From positions 702,361-766,360 of the forward strand of contig JBFWOS010000001.1 of the NCBI GenBank assembly GCA_050250375.1: a DNA stretch of 64,000 nucleotides. The letters are read 5' to 3'. Both the position numbers and the translations under genes were made by a program. The stretch is from Candidatus Omnitrophota bacterium. Its GTDB lineage: Bacteria; Omnitrophota; Gorgyraeia; Zapsychrales; Zapsychraceae. Shown one piece after another: positions 26,301 to 36,111 of the stretch. The notes beneath the pieces are model-generated. The model saw nothing but the letters and a program-made list of their open reading frames with translations. It ran no database searches and was not told where the DNA came from. The number at the start of each line of letters is the position of its first letter. The first letter of the stretch is position 1.

Positions 26301-28135
26301 ATGGTCCAATCACCCTGTGCTTTTCCAGCTAGATCAAATGTCGCTTTCAACACTAGACCGTTATTTAGAATTTGAAGAAAGTCCCCTTCTATATCGTCTT
26401 CGCCAGATTTGGTTAACATAACATGGGTTCCTTCATCAAATACGCTGCCTGAAAACGTAATTGTTAAATTCCCAGTATCACCCCCTCGATCCGGATTGAT
26501 TGCCAACACGGTTTGTTGCTGAACAACTGTCCCATCATCACCATCTTCACCAACACCGTTTCCGCCGGTTGCGGTCGTAGTTCCGGTAAATGTTTCATTT
26601 TGACGGTGATAAATAGCTATTCGTCCACCGCCACCACCGCCGCCGGCGGCTGAACCGCCTACTAACTGGCTGTTTCCACCATTGGCCGTAATTACTCCGC
26701 TCCCGGTAAAATTCTCCGTAATGACATATATACTACCACCCGATCCGCCGCCAGACTGACTCCCCTGCGGCAATCCCATCCCGCCATTTGCAGATAATAC
26801 CCCGTTTACTGTTAACGTATCAGCAATATTTAGTTGAATCTTTCCACCACCTGTGCCGCCGCTACTAGGCGTGTAGACATTATTAATTGTAAATCCCGGT
26901 CCGGCACCCCCGCTGCCAAAATCTACCGGGGCTGTTGGTGAACCGTATGCAATCCCTCCCTGAGCTGTGCCACCTTCGCCGCCATACCCACCGCCTCCGC
27001 CGCCTTGCCCCTGATTCTCTAATGCGGCCCCAACTCCCATCCCGCCTTTGAACCCTTTGGAATCCGCGGAGACTTTTGAACCGGAAGTTATGGTGAGATT
27101 ATTGGCTTTTAAGAACAGGTTCCCCTCAATCAACGAGGTTCCTGTGACCGTTACGTCTTTGATATTGAAAGTTTCCTCACCATTAAGAAAAAATGACGAA
27201 GCGCCATCCAAAATTAACTGGGTCCCTGAAATAGTTACAGTCCCATCCGTAGTTGTCACGGAAGCATCATCGAGAGTAATGGTATCAAATTCAAGAGGAC
27301 TGTCATTCAACTGAAACCGCCATTGATGTCCAGCGATAAACTCATTGTTAGCCATGTCAATAAATCCGACCGTTCCGTCACCACCATCACCGCTTTCACC
27401 CAATTCTGTATGCCCGTGCCCACCTATGGCCCTTGCTGAACCGGTAAATGTTGACGATTCATAGTATACGGCAATGCGCCCGCCGCCACCACCGCCGCCG
27501 CGTAATGAACCTCCGTTTCCTCCATTAGCAACGATATCCCCTGAACCGGCCAGAGTACTTGTCGTAATATAAATTCCGCCGCCCGCGCCGCCGCCGCTTC
27601 TAAGATCACACTGAAATACACTTTCCCCATTAGCCGAAAGAGTCCCGCTCACCGTCAATGTATTTGCAACATCAAGCCAAATTGCGCCCCCGCCTCTGCC
27701 GCCGCTTTGATTACCGCCGCACACTGCCCCGCCCCCGCCGCTTCCCATTTGAAATGGCTGTGTGGCTGATCCATACCAAGGTCCTTTAGCCGACAGGATA
27801 GGCGTCGTTCCACCATTCCCACCGTGCCCGCCGCCACTTCCCCCAGTCACCGATGCTGAACCTGCCCCGGGGCCCTGATTGGCATTGTATCCCTTTTTAT
27901 CGGCGCTGATCCTTGATCCCGATGAAACTGTTATATTATCGGCGGTGATGCGGACTGTTCCTTCCAGCGTCAACGCCGCGTTGTTGGATACGGTCACATC
28001 ATCATAGGTGTATGCGCCGGTTGTAAGAGTGGTGTTGGTGGTTACGGTCAAGTCTGCGGCGAAAGCTGAATGACTAATTAAGAGAAAAGAAAGCAAGACG
28101 AAGGATTGTATAAATTTGAAAGGCCGTAGAATCAT
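23360..28135 (-). CDS. Giant secreted glycine-rich beta-solenoid protein with Ig-like/FN3 domains (adhesin-like)
   Basis: Signal peptide MILRPFKFIQSFVLLSFLLISHSAFA. Two tandem ~230-aa modules rich in GGxGG rungs (e.g. ANGGNGGSLRGGGGGGGRIAVYY / ANGGNSQLVGGSAAGGGGGGGRIAIYH). A clear FN3 domain (DISWSGSDAHSGIKEYTIYVSENSGPY...). Ser/Thr-rich beta-helix-like C-terminus. Confidence 0.75.
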   Translation of the reverse strand: MILRPFKFIQSFVLLSFLLISHSAFAADLTVTTNTTLTTGAYTYDDVTVSNNAALTLEGTVRITADNITVSSGSRISADKKGYNANQGPGAGSASVTGGSGGGHGGNGGTTPILSAKGPWYGSATQPFQMGSGGGGAVCGGNQSGGRGGGAIWLDVANTLTVSGTLSANGESVFQCDLRSGGGAGGGIYITTSTLAGSGDIVANGGNGGSLRGGGGGGGRIAVYYESSTFTGSARAIGGHGHTELGESGDGGDGTVGFIDMANNEFIAGHQWRFQLNDSPLEFDTITLDDASVTTTDGTVTISGTQLILDGASSFFLNGEETFNIKDVTVTGTSLIEGNLFLKANNLTITSGSKVSADSKGFKGGMGVGAALENQGQGGGGGGYGGEGGTAQGGIAYGSPTAPVDFGSGGAGPGFTINNVYTPSSGGTGGGKIQLNIADTLTVNGVLSANGGMGLPQGSQSGGGSGGSIYVITENFTGSGVITANGGNSQLVGGSAAGGGGGGGRIAIYHRQNETFTGTTTATGGNGVGEDGDDGTVVQQQTVLAINPDRGGDTGNLTITFSGSVFDEGTHVMLTKSGEDDIEGDFLQILNNGLVLKATFDLAGKAQGDWTIVIINSGNTITSENAFTVEDGAPSGLWMDIIGRTDMRPDREQTYLVTYGNIGNNDITSAELFVGIPDEVDYLIPEFSDSFKNLAEDTVAGFIVANLPVHSSRSFPIRIKSSLSSGNISLNFGSTVIDFGFGDNVTHFEPTNNTLPLPDSLTATNNPSTTLKYANQRYKANEDAPDGILDWFNIYDSEFSSIKPEGEGYIGTRLDDKTYLNLRGVGPVEIPFNDIKDGEVTIDLPGGGTKTIQIEHLYGLRPIRPGEMPALVSRIRENLPVLMANVTFCEWSSNGTGCSIETPYDTSCLGFYSLLTYGKLVNGVVEQREQPWISLCGQTLGKATCGFNEVLKWTELNQLIDKAIVTWELTSGVVSTAWDFWWGANKLAKIIFLVTSRDPNAIVGPQGFGSEKYIAKRQPLQYIIYFENIESASAPAQEVIVSDQLDTTVLDLSTFELGPIGVAEKIINLPSGIQEFITEVDLRPDNDLILRIEVALNTASGDVVWKFISLDPESHMFTDDPNAGFLPPNDNPPEGDGFVTFSVRAKDSVETNDEIINSASIVFDTNSPITTNTWLNTIDDTKPSSSMNSMASTGTLTSFDISWSGSDAHSGIKEYTIYVSENSGPYAETLTTTGTFTSFVGVNGSTYSFYTIATDQVGNREDAPGSPDLTITINDPMQEPCTIKTDYLVGVTCSSTTTVTNDSQLEDYLVDYDYTGTYYRNLTINYNVTMDNIDIHSPCKVTIATGKVLTGERICIDGRTGVANSNGMTINGTFVTLVSETGDTELGSNSTINATELTLQAYKIAQIYSNAQVDVDGPLLIKSLGTSSTNKAHMGQTSTIHAGSVRLEANQEASTGPGMILDVDDELEIISTGTSSNSKALIGISSAITAASLEMSADRQVEIGTESEVTVTEGASMISTGSTSTSDVKINLGAEITADSFDMIGGDDAILSAASEVTVTNNFHMQAATVGDCSISGSATINAGSESGNCL

Positions 28136-28205
28136 TTTATTGTCCTTTTATAAAATGGCGACTGGCGGAATTTTATTCCGTGTTCATCCAGTTTCTTCTT
28201 AGACG

Positions 28206-29159
28206 TTAACATTTTTGATGCCGCTGTTCAAACCAGTCGAATGTTTCCTTAAGCCCCTCATTAAGCTTGACCTTCGGCGTCCACTTTAAAACTTTTTTGG
28301 CTAATGAAATGTTCGGCTGCCGGGTCTTCGGGTCGTCAACGGGTAAGGGTTTATAGACAATCTTGCTTTTGGTTTTGGCCATCGTAAGGACCAGCTTGGC
28401 AAACTCCATGATCGTGAACTCATCCGGATTCCCCAGATTCACCGGACCGGAATGGTTTGACTTGATCATCCGGACGATCCCGTCCACCAGGTCGGAATAA
28501 AAACAGAACGACCGTGTCTGCTGTCCGTTACCGTAGACCGTTAAATTTTTGTTGTTTAAAACCTGGTCGATGAAATTCGGGACGACCCGTCCGTCCTTGA
28601 TCCTCATCCGGGGGCCGTAAGTGTTAAAAATACGGATGATCTTCGCGTCCACCTTGTGATAACGGCGGTATGCCATGGTCATCGCTTCCGCGAACCGTTT
28701 GGCTTCGTCATACACGCCGCGCGGACCGATGGGATTAACATGGCCCCAGTAATCTTCGGTCTGTGGATGGACCTGCGGGTCCCCATAGACTTCCGACGTT
28801 GACGCGATCAGGTACCTGGCCTTTTTCAGTTTGGCCAGCCCCAGGGAATTGTGCGTCCCTAACGCGCCGACCTTTAATGTCTGGATCGGATAGTTCAGAT
28901 AATCGACGGGTGATGCCGGTGAAGCGAAATGCAGGACATAATCGACATCGCCTTTGATGGTTATTTTTTTGGAGACATCGTGTTTCTTAAAGGCAAAGTC
29001 CTTGTTTTTCTTCAAATGTTTTATATTGTTCAGGTTCCCTGTGATCAGGTTATCGACACAGAGCACCTTGTTTCCTTCCGATAAAAACCGGTCACACAAG
29101 TGGCTCCCCAGAAAACCGGCCCCGCCTGTAATGACCACCACTTTCTTGTTCTTACTCAT
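28206..29159 (-). CDS. UDP-glucuronate decarboxylase (UDP-xylose synthase-like SDR)
   Basis: [35 protein letters not shown] closely matches the UXS family. Confidence 0.85.
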   Translation of the reverse strand: MSKNKKVVVITGGAGFLGSHLCDRFLSEGNKVLCVDNLITGNLNNIKHLKKNKDFAFKKHDVSKKITIKGDVDYVLHFASPASPVDYLNYPIQTLKVGALGTHNSLGLAKLKKARYLIASTSEVYGDPQVHPQTEDYWGHVNPIGPRGVYDEAKRFAEAMTMAYRRYHKVDAKIIRIFNTYGPRMRIKDGRVVPNFIDQVLNNKNLTVYGNGQQTRSFCFYSDLVDGIVRMIKSNHSGPVNLGNPDEFTIMEFAKLVLTMAKTKSKIVYKPLPVDDPKTRQPNISLAKKVLKWTPKVKLNEGLKETFDWFEQRHQKC

Positions 29160-29176
29160 ATTTAAACTCCTTAAGT

Positions 29177-30478
29177 CTAAAAACGGATGACATTTTTATT
29201 GATTCCGGAACCGTAAATGTTTTTGATATCGAAGATCAGCCGGGCATTGCTCAGGACCAGTTTCCAGTTCACATTCGTGTGATCCGTCGCGGTAATCACG
29301 GCATCGTATTTCGCGACCGTGCTTTTGGTTAATTCAATGCTTTTCAAATCAAGGCCGCCGATCTTCAGGTACGGGATGATCGGGTCAAAATAATCCACCC
29401 GGCATTTCTTCTCCTGCAGGATTTCGATCAGCTTCAGCGGCGGAGATTTGCGCAGATCTTTGACGTCTTTTTTATAGGTCGCGCCGATCACCAGGATCCG
29501 GGCGCCCTGAAATTTCTTTTTCCTTAATTGAAAGGCCTGCTTTAAATAGTCAACCGCGTAAGCCGGCATGTTCGAATTGGTATCCGCGGATAATTTGATA
29601 TATTTGGAACTGAACCCATGATGTTTGGCCTTCCAGTAAAGATAAAGCGGATCATCGGGGATACAATGCCCGCCGACACCCAGGCCCGGATAAAACGGCA
29701 TGAACCCGAACGGTTTTGTTTTGGCGGCCTCGATTACCTCCCAAACATCAATCCCCATCTTGTGGCACATCATGGCCACTTCATTGATCCAGCCGATGTT
29801 GATGATCCTGAACGAATTCTCGAGGAGTTTGGTCATTTCCGCGGCTTTGGGCGATGACACCACATGGATTTTATTAATAATCTTTTTGTACAATAATTCG
29901 GTCAGTTCACCGCTGGCCGGATCCATCCCGCCGACCACCTTTGTAATGCGGGTCACATCATATTTTTTATTGCCCGGATCAATGCGCTCCGGCGAGAAAG
30001 AAAGAAAAAAGTCCCGCCCCGCTTTTTTGCCGTTCTTTTCCAGTTCCGGCAGGATAAGTTCTTCGGTCGTGCCCGGATAAGTCGTACTTTCCAGGATGAT
30101 CAAAGAATTTTTCTTGAAATATTTCCGGATGGTCCTGACCGCGCTGAGAATGTAGGTGATATCCGGCGTGTATTTTCTTTTTAAAGGCGTCGGCACGCAG
30201 ATGATCAGCACGTCCAGATCTTTAATTTCACTAAAATCGGTGCTGGCGGTAAATTTCCCGCTTTGCACAACTTTCGATAACTGCGCCGTCGGGATGTCAG
30301 AAATATAACTTTTGCGGCGGTTGACCTGACTCACACGGTCCACATCCATATCCAATCCGCGGACTTCATACCCGGCCTTCGCGAAATTAACAGCGAGCGG
30401 AAGGCCGACATAACCTAATCCGATGACGCCGATTTTCGCTTTCTTTTGATTGATTTTTTGTTTCAATTGCGTGGACAT
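29177..30478 (-). CDS. Nucleotide-sugar dehydrogenase (UDP-GlcNAc/ManNAc dehydrogenase WbpA/TviB/WecC-like)
   Basis: [30 protein letters not shown]-terminal Rossmann. Central and C-terminal UDPG_MGDP_dh domains. Confidence 0.8.
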   Translation of the reverse strand: MSTQLKQKINQKKAKIGVIGLGYVGLPLAVNFAKAGYEVRGLDMDVDRVSQVNRRKSYISDIPTAQLSKVVQSGKFTASTDFSEIKDLDVLIICVPTPLKRKYTPDITYILSAVRTIRKYFKKNSLIILESTTYPGTTEELILPELEKNGKKAGRDFFLSFSPERIDPGNKKYDVTRITKVVGGMDPASGELTELLYKKIINKIHVVSSPKAAEMTKLLENSFRIINIGWINEVAMMCHKMGIDVWEVIEAAKTKPFGFMPFYPGLGVGGHCIPDDPLYLYWKAKHHGFSSKYIKLSADTNSNMPAYAVDYLKQAFQLRKKKFQGARILVIGATYKKDVKDLRKSPPLKLIEILQEKKCRVDYFDPIIPYLKIGGLDLKSIELTKSTVAKYDAVITATDHTNVNWKLVLSNARLIFDIKNIYGSGINKNVIRF

Positions 30479-30499
30479 ATGATTCCTCTTTATCGTTTA

Positions 30500-31819
30500 T
30501 CAGGCCGGACGTCCGATCCCGTAATATTCAAATCCCAGTTTATCCAGGCCTTTATCATGATAAAAGTTACGGCCATCGAATATCACCGGGTGATTCATCG
30601 ATTTCTTGATTCTTTCAAAATCCAGTTCACCAAACTCTTTCCATTCGGTAATCAGCAGCAGACAGTCGCACCCTTTGGCTAATGTGTACGCGTCGCTGCA
30701 ATACTGAATATCCTTAACCATCTTCTTGGAATTCTCTACCCCTTGCGGATCATAAGCCTTGATTTTCGCGCCTTCCTTCTGCAAGGCATGGATAATCTCG
30801 ACCGACGGCGCGTTGCGCATGTCATCGGTATCAGGCTTGAAGGCCAGCCCGAGCAAACCGATTGTTTTGTTTTTGACTATCCACATCTTGTCTTCAATCA
30901 GCTTGAGGAATGATTTTTTCTGGTCCTCATTGATCTCACGGACCTCTTCCAACAGTTTGAACTTATACCCGCTTTTCTCGCTCAGGCGGATAAACGCGTC
31001 AACATCTTTCGGGAAACAGCTCCCTCCGTACCCGATCCCGGCGTTCAGGAACTGCCGGCCAATGCGTTTATCATACCCCATCCCTTCGGCGACTTTGAGG
31101 ACATCCGCCCCCAACTGGGAACAAATCTGGGAAATGGCATTGATGAACGATATCTTTGTCGCCAAAAATGAATTGGACGCGTGTTTGATCAGCTCCGCCG
31201 AATTAATGTTGGTCACGACCATTTTCGGTTTTAACGGCTGATAAATCTCGCGTAATAATTTCTCGGCTTTCTTACTTTCGACACCGATCACCACCCGGTC
31301 CGGATTCATAAAATCTTCAACCGCGGAACCTTCCCTCAGGAATTCCGGATTTGAGGCGACGTCGAAATCAATGGTCAGCTTATCGCCTTTGCGGTATTTC
31401 TTCGGGATATATTTACGGATGGTCTGGGCCACCTTCTTGCCGGTCTCGGCCGGAACGGTGGATTTCTCGATCACGAGTTTATATCCGGTCATGCTCTCGG
31501 CGATTTCTCGGGCCACATTCTCGACATAGGTCAAATCCGCGTCCCCATTTTTCTTGGAAGGCGTTCCCACCGCGATAAAAATAACCGTCGCCTCTTTGGC
31601 CCCGTCCTTGATGGAATAGCTGAACGACATCCTTTTATTTTTGATATTCTTTTTGAGGAGATCTTCAAGCCCCGGCTCATAAATCGGGACCAACCCTTTT
31701 TTTAGTTTGTTGATTTTTGTCTTGTCCACATCAATGCACGTAACCTGATGCCCGATCTCCGCTAAACAAACTCCTGTGACGAGGCCGACATACCCGGACC
31801 CTACAATTGCGATTTTCAA
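30500..31819 (-). CDS. ugd: UDP-glucose 6-dehydrogenase
   Basis: MKIAIVGSGYVGLVTGVCLAEIGHQVTCIDVD...GGSCFPKD (catalytic Cys). Confidence 0.85.
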   Translation of the reverse strand: MKIAIVGSGYVGLVTGVCLAEIGHQVTCIDVDKTKINKLKKGLVPIYEPGLEDLLKKNIKNKRMSFSYSIKDGAKEATVIFIAVGTPSKKNGDADLTYVENVAREIAESMTGYKLVIEKSTVPAETGKKVAQTIRKYIPKKYRKGDKLTIDFDVASNPEFLREGSAVEDFMNPDRVVIGVESKKAEKLLREIYQPLKPKMVVTNINSAELIKHASNSFLATKISFINAISQICSQLGADVLKVAEGMGYDKRIGRQFLNAGIGYGGSCFPKDVDAFIRLSEKSGYKFKLLEEVREINEDQKKSFLKLIEDKMWIVKNKTIGLLGLAFKPDTDDMRNAPSVEIIHALQKEGAKIKAYDPQGVENSKKMVKDIQYCSDAYTLAKGCDCLLLITEWKEFGELDFERIKKSMNHPVIFDGRNFYHDKGLDKLGFEYYGIGRPA

Positions 31820-31853
31820 TTTAAACTCCTTTCTTTACTGCCTTAAATCCTGT

Positions 31854-33995
31854 TTATTGACGGATGGCGTCAGAACCGCTTTGTTTTCGCTCAAAAGTGG
31901 TCCCGAAATCAAATCCCATATCCGGAAAAGCCTTTAAGCGGAACAACAGCAGGAATTCCGTGCCGTCACCCGTCGTATCGTTGATCTTCAGATCCATAAT
32001 CCAGGAGTGCAGGTCCCTGGTCAGGGTGTATTCCTGCTCTTTTAGCTGGCCGCTTTCTACGTCGACACGCACGTAATTTCTAAACGCCCATTTAGGATTG
32101 ATCTTATAGATAAAATCGGTGGTAATCTGGTCATCCGCATCGTGGCTATAACGTTTGCCTAATCCGAAGGTCCATTTCGGGCCGCCATTGACATACATAT
32201 CGAAATTGGCCGTGTCCATATGCCCATCTCTTGTATCATAATCCGAATCAAAATACAAGGTCAGCCACTTATTCGGCTTAAAATCCACATCCGCCGTGAC
32301 CGTATCAAAACCGCTGTCGCGGTGGTCTTTGGCCAACCGGTAATCAACGCCGAAAATGGTCCGCAGGAGTTCCACGGTTTCCCCCCCGCGTTTGGTCTGT
32401 AATTTGTTTTCCACAGAGAAATTAAGATTATGGAGCTGATCCAGTTCATCAATCTCGTCAAACGAATTGAGTTCCGTGGGAAGGAGTGTCGGTTTGGTGG
32501 TGATCTCATAATTGATGGACGGGGTGATAATATGACGCAGCCGTGATATGTTAAGCCCCAGGGTATCCGTTTCCAAATCATAGATTTTATAAAATTTGGT
32601 GCTTAAACTGGCCCCGGTCCTGTAAACCTGCCGTAATTCATCTGTAATATCCGCATCCTCCGTTCGGGTATAAAACGTCTCTCGCCCGCCGACAAACGGT
32701 TTAACTTCAAAGATACCGGCCTTCATGGGATAAGAAATCTCATAATCCGTGTCCACCCGTTTCGTGCTTTCGCGGACCTCGCTCGGGGAGGCGTCTTTTT
32801 TGACCAGACTCACAAAAGAAGAAACATTTTTAAAGTAAAACCCGGAATCGTAGATTTCCGTGTTGTTCAGGTCGTAGCGCAATTCCGGCAAACGTTCGAC
32901 ATCGCCGACAAAACGGTTCACCCGGACATCCGACCTGAGACTGAGGGTTCCTCTGGGGAGAGTGTGGGTCATCAAAAAGAACGTATCAGGAAACGAATCT
33001 TCCTCGAATTCCCGTTCAAAATAGTCTTTTAGAAAATTATGATCGCTAAGCTTATAGTATTGGGCAATGGCGGTCGTGCGTTCATCGAGAATCCACTTGT
33101 GCCGCCATTCGATCTTATAGCGGTCCCTTTCTTGGGTGGGCGACAGCCGTTCATCCCAAATCCGGTCGGCATCAATCTTTCGTTCGTGGGTAAAATAAGT
33201 CCGCAGCATACCGGTCCCGTAGTTATCCGTCTTGTATTCGAAATCCGCCCCGGACCCTACATCCAGCAGTTCGCGGTAGTCCAGGTGGAGTGTCCCTTTA
33301 ACACGGTCCGACGCATAAAACCGGTATTGGGAAAGCAAAAACATGCCCCAATCACTGTCATACCCCGGGGACAGCAGCAGTTTTGGTTTTGTATCGTCGA
33401 TCCTGTGCCAGAACCGCGGCAGATACATCAAAGACACATCGCTCAGTTTCATCTGGACGCCGTGGGCGACGACCTTGTCTCCCGGATAGACCTCAATCCG
33501 CTTTGATGCAATACGGTATTCGGGTTTATCATAATCGCTGGTGGTCAGGTACCCGTTGGTCATGACGATCTTATTATCTTTTTCCATGGAAAGCTTTTCC
33601 CCGCCGCCGTAATATGGATACGCTAAAATCTTGGCCCCCATAAAATCCCCGGTCATGGTGTTGTAATCAAATGTCAATTCATTCCCGCGCAATTCACCGT
33701 GTTCCGTGATCAGCCGGACATTTCCGTTAGCCTTCGCCATATTTTTTTCCTGATAAAATTCGGCTTTATCACATATGAGGGTTGTCTTTTTATATTTGAT
33801 GACAACATTGCCCTGGACCATCACCTGGTTTTTCTCACGGTCATACTCAAGCACATCGCCGTTAAGTTCGACTTTTTCTTTATCAGGCTGGGCCAATCCG
33901 GCCGGAGGGTTTACGAACGGCAGAAAAACAAAAAGAAATGAAAGACATATCAGGGACAGCCGGTGAACACATTTATGGCGAGGTTTATGTTCCAA
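31854..33995 (-). CDS. lptD: LPS-assembly outer-membrane protein LptD (OstA family)
   Basis: Signal peptide, then an OstA-like N-domain (GDVLEYDREKNQVMVQGNVVIKYKKTTLICDKAEFYQEKNMAKANGNVRL) and a large C-terminal beta-barrel. Confidence 0.8.
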   Translation of the reverse strand: MEHKPRHKCVHRLSLICLSFLFVFLPFVNPPAGLAQPDKEKVELNGDVLEYDREKNQVMVQGNVVIKYKKTTLICDKAEFYQEKNMAKANGNVRLITEHGELRGNELTFDYNTMTGDFMGAKILAYPYYGGGEKLSMEKDNKIVMTNGYLTTSDYDKPEYRIASKRIEVYPGDKVVAHGVQMKLSDVSLMYLPRFWHRIDDTKPKLLLSPGYDSDWGMFLLSQYRFYASDRVKGTLHLDYRELLDVGSGADFEYKTDNYGTGMLRTYFTHERKIDADRIWDERLSPTQERDRYKIEWRHKWILDERTTAIAQYYKLSDHNFLKDYFEREFEEDSFPDTFFLMTHTLPRGTLSLRSDVRVNRFVGDVERLPELRYDLNNTEIYDSGFYFKNVSSFVSLVKKDASPSEVRESTKRVDTDYEISYPMKAGIFEVKPFVGGRETFYTRTEDADITDELRQVYRTGASLSTKFYKIYDLETDTLGLNISRLRHIITPSINYEITTKPTLLPTELNSFDEIDELDQLHNLNFSVENKLQTKRGGETVELLRTIFGVDYRLAKDHRDSGFDTVTADVDFKPNKWLTLYFDSDYDTRDGHMDTANFDMYVNGGPKWTFGLGKRYSHDADDQITTDFIYKINPKWAFRNYVRVDVESGQLKEQEYTLTRDLHSWIMDLKINDTTGDGTEFLLLFRLKAFPDMGFDFGTTFERKQSGSDAIRQ

Positions 33996-34887
33996 TCGTC
34001 GGGTCCTTTACCAGTATTTGCGCGCCGATGATCCCGGCATCATCCTGCAATTTGCAGCGGACGACCTTGACCATCCCGGCCTGGACCTTCATGCATTTTT
34101 TCTGCAAGGTGTCCTTGATCGCGGGATTTAGAAATTTGAAATTATTGGAAACACCGCCACCGATAATGACCAGCCGCAAATTGAGCAGGTTAATAACCCC
34201 GGCTAACGTCGTTCCGATGTAAGCGCCGGCTTCCTGCCAGAATTCTTTGGCTAACGTGTTCCCGATTTTGGCCAGATCATAGACTTCTTCCAGCCGGATA
34301 TTTTTGTTTTTGAACATTTTGCCGGCCTTTTCCTGCAGCACACCATTACCGACAAAACCCTCAAGCGTTCTATCATCCAACGGCATATGCCCGATCTCCC
34401 CGGCCACATAACCTTCCCCTCTGTACATCGCATTATTGAGGATCAGTCCTCCGCCGACTCCCGTGCCCAGGGTCACACAGATAAAATTCTGATATCCGAT
34501 CCCGGCCCCGTACTTCCACTCCGCCAGGGTGATCACATTCACGTCATTATCGATAAATACTGGCAAACCGATTTTATCCTGAAGTATTTTCTTGAGAGGG
34601 ACATTCCTCCAGCCGGGGATATTGGGTAAATAACTGACAATGCCTTTGACCGGATCGATGAGTCCGGGCAGACCGATTCCAAGGGCCTCAATGTCCCCTT
34701 TTGAAAGCTTTTGCTCCAAAAGCAGACCTTCGGCCGTCGAAACGATCGCGTTGATCAATTTAGTTTTATTCCGGCTGAACTTTTTGGTGGAAAAATGCTG
34801 GCGGGCGATAATTTTCCCATCCGGTGAAACAATCCCTAACTTTATATTTGTTCCACCGACATCAACACCAATAATATATTTATTCAT
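33985..34887 (-). CDS. ROK-family sugar kinase
   Basis: IIGVDVGGTNIKLGIV N-terminus. ROK Zn motif region CGCG-like (HMPLDDRTLEGFVGNG). Confidence 0.8.
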   Translation of the reverse strand: MNKYIIGVDVGGTNIKLGIVSPDGKIIARQHFSTKKFSRNKTKLINAIVSTAEGLLLEQKLSKGDIEALGIGLPGLIDPVKGIVSYLPNIPGWRNVPLKKILQDKIGLPVFIDNDVNVITLAEWKYGAGIGYQNFICVTLGTGVGGGLILNNAMYRGEGYVAGEIGHMPLDDRTLEGFVGNGVLQEKAGKMFKNKNIRLEEVYDLAKIGNTLAKEFWQEAGAYIGTTLAGVINLLNLRLVIIGGGVSNNFKFLNPAIKDTLQKKCMKVQAGMVKVVRCKLQDDAGIIGAQILVKDPTIGT

Positions 34888-35091
34888 TTTAAGTATTAAC
34901 TAGATATGTACTAGAATTATTCTTATATAGATAGTTTAAGTAATATTAATTTATTAGGCGTGAGGTCACTCAAGTTGGTTTTTATTGTACATGAAGGGTC
35001 CGGGCGATTCAACTATTGTTTATGCTTTTTAACGAGGGTATTGGACAATATTTCACGAATGAAAGTTTAGAGAAATACATGTTTTAGACGT

Positions 35092-36102
35092 CTATTCCCC
35101 GAACGAACAGACCCGGTTTCTGCCCTGCTTTTTTGCCTTGTACAAAGACCAGTCGGCCTTATCGATCAGTTCATCTTTTTTCCGGGCATCGGCCGGGAAC
35201 GTCGCGATCCCGATGCTCACGGTCACAGAAAGTGTGGCATCATAGGCCTTGACGACCCTTCCTTCAGCCACCGACCGGATACGTTCGGCCACATACTTGG
35301 CCCCTTTTATATCAGTATCCGGCAAAACAACACAAAATTCCTCCCCGCCGAACCGTCCGGGTATATCGATTTCCCGCGTGCTTTGTTTTATGATCTGCCC
35401 GATTTCCCGTAAAATCTGATCCCCCACCAGATGTCCGTAATTATCGTTGCAGTCTTTAAACCGGTCCACATCAATCATGAGAAACGCCAGGCTGAACCGC
35501 CGGGCCTTGGAACGGCCGATTTCTTCCTCAAGCCGCTGAAGGGTGTATCGTCTTGTATACATATCGGTCAGGCTGTCCGTGATGGCCGTGCGTTCAATCT
35601 CCTCATATAACCGAACCCTCCTCAGGGCCAGGGCGAATTGATGGCACAGGATCGCGGCCTTTTCTTTATCCTGAGGATTCAAGTCATCAATGCGGATGTA
35701 ACCCATTTGTGTATCCTTACTTTTCAGAGGGAAAACGTATTGACCGCTGCCCTCTTTATAAATATCCTTGTCCTTGACCGGCGTAGATATCAATTCACAC
35801 GATCCAAACCGGACGTGTTTCTGCAATTTTTCCTTAAAGATTTCAAAGGCGTCCTGCTGGGACAGACTCTTGGTGATTTCCCTGGTCATGTCGTACAATG
35901 TAAAAATCTTGATGGCTTCAGTTTCGACACTGCCTTTATTGGCGGACACGGCCTTCTGCTGATCCAGCAGTCCGGCGTGGATCTTGCGCATTTCCGCGGT
36001 TTTCTTTTCGTTGTCCTGCCGGATGTTATTAATCAGTTTCCGGATATAGGTCAGGACGACAATAACATAAAGCACGCTTAATATGGATAGACTTTCAAAC
36101 AT
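35092..36102 (-). CDS. Membrane-anchored diguanylate cyclase (GGDEF)
   Basis: RFGGEEFCVVLPD active-site motif. N-terminal TM. Confidence 0.85.
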   Translation of the reverse strand: MFESLSILSVLYVIVVLTYIRKLINNIRQDNEKKTAEMRKIHAGLLDQQKAVSANKGSVETEAIKIFTLYDMTREITKSLSQQDAFEIFKEKLQKHVRFGSCELISTPVKDKDIYKEGSGQYVFPLKSKDTQMGYIRIDDLNPQDKEKAAILCHQFALALRRVRLYEEIERTAITDSLTDMYTRRYTLQRLEEEIGRSKARRFSLAFLMIDVDRFKDCNDNYGHLVGDQILREIGQIIKQSTREIDIPGRFGGEEFCVVLPDTDIKGAKYVAERIRSVAEGRVVKAYDATLSVTVSIGIATFPADARKKDELIDKADWSLYKAKKQGRNRVCSFGE

Positions 36103-36111
36103 AACTGCCTC

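Noticed and set aside
23360-28135. Gly-rich repeats as RTX calcium-binding nonapeptides or as a CRISPR-like or tandem DNA repeat array.
   Set aside because: The repeats lack the Asp positions of the GGxGxDxUx motif. At the DNA level they are imperfect (GGN)n coding repeats within one large ORF, not a spacer-repeat array.
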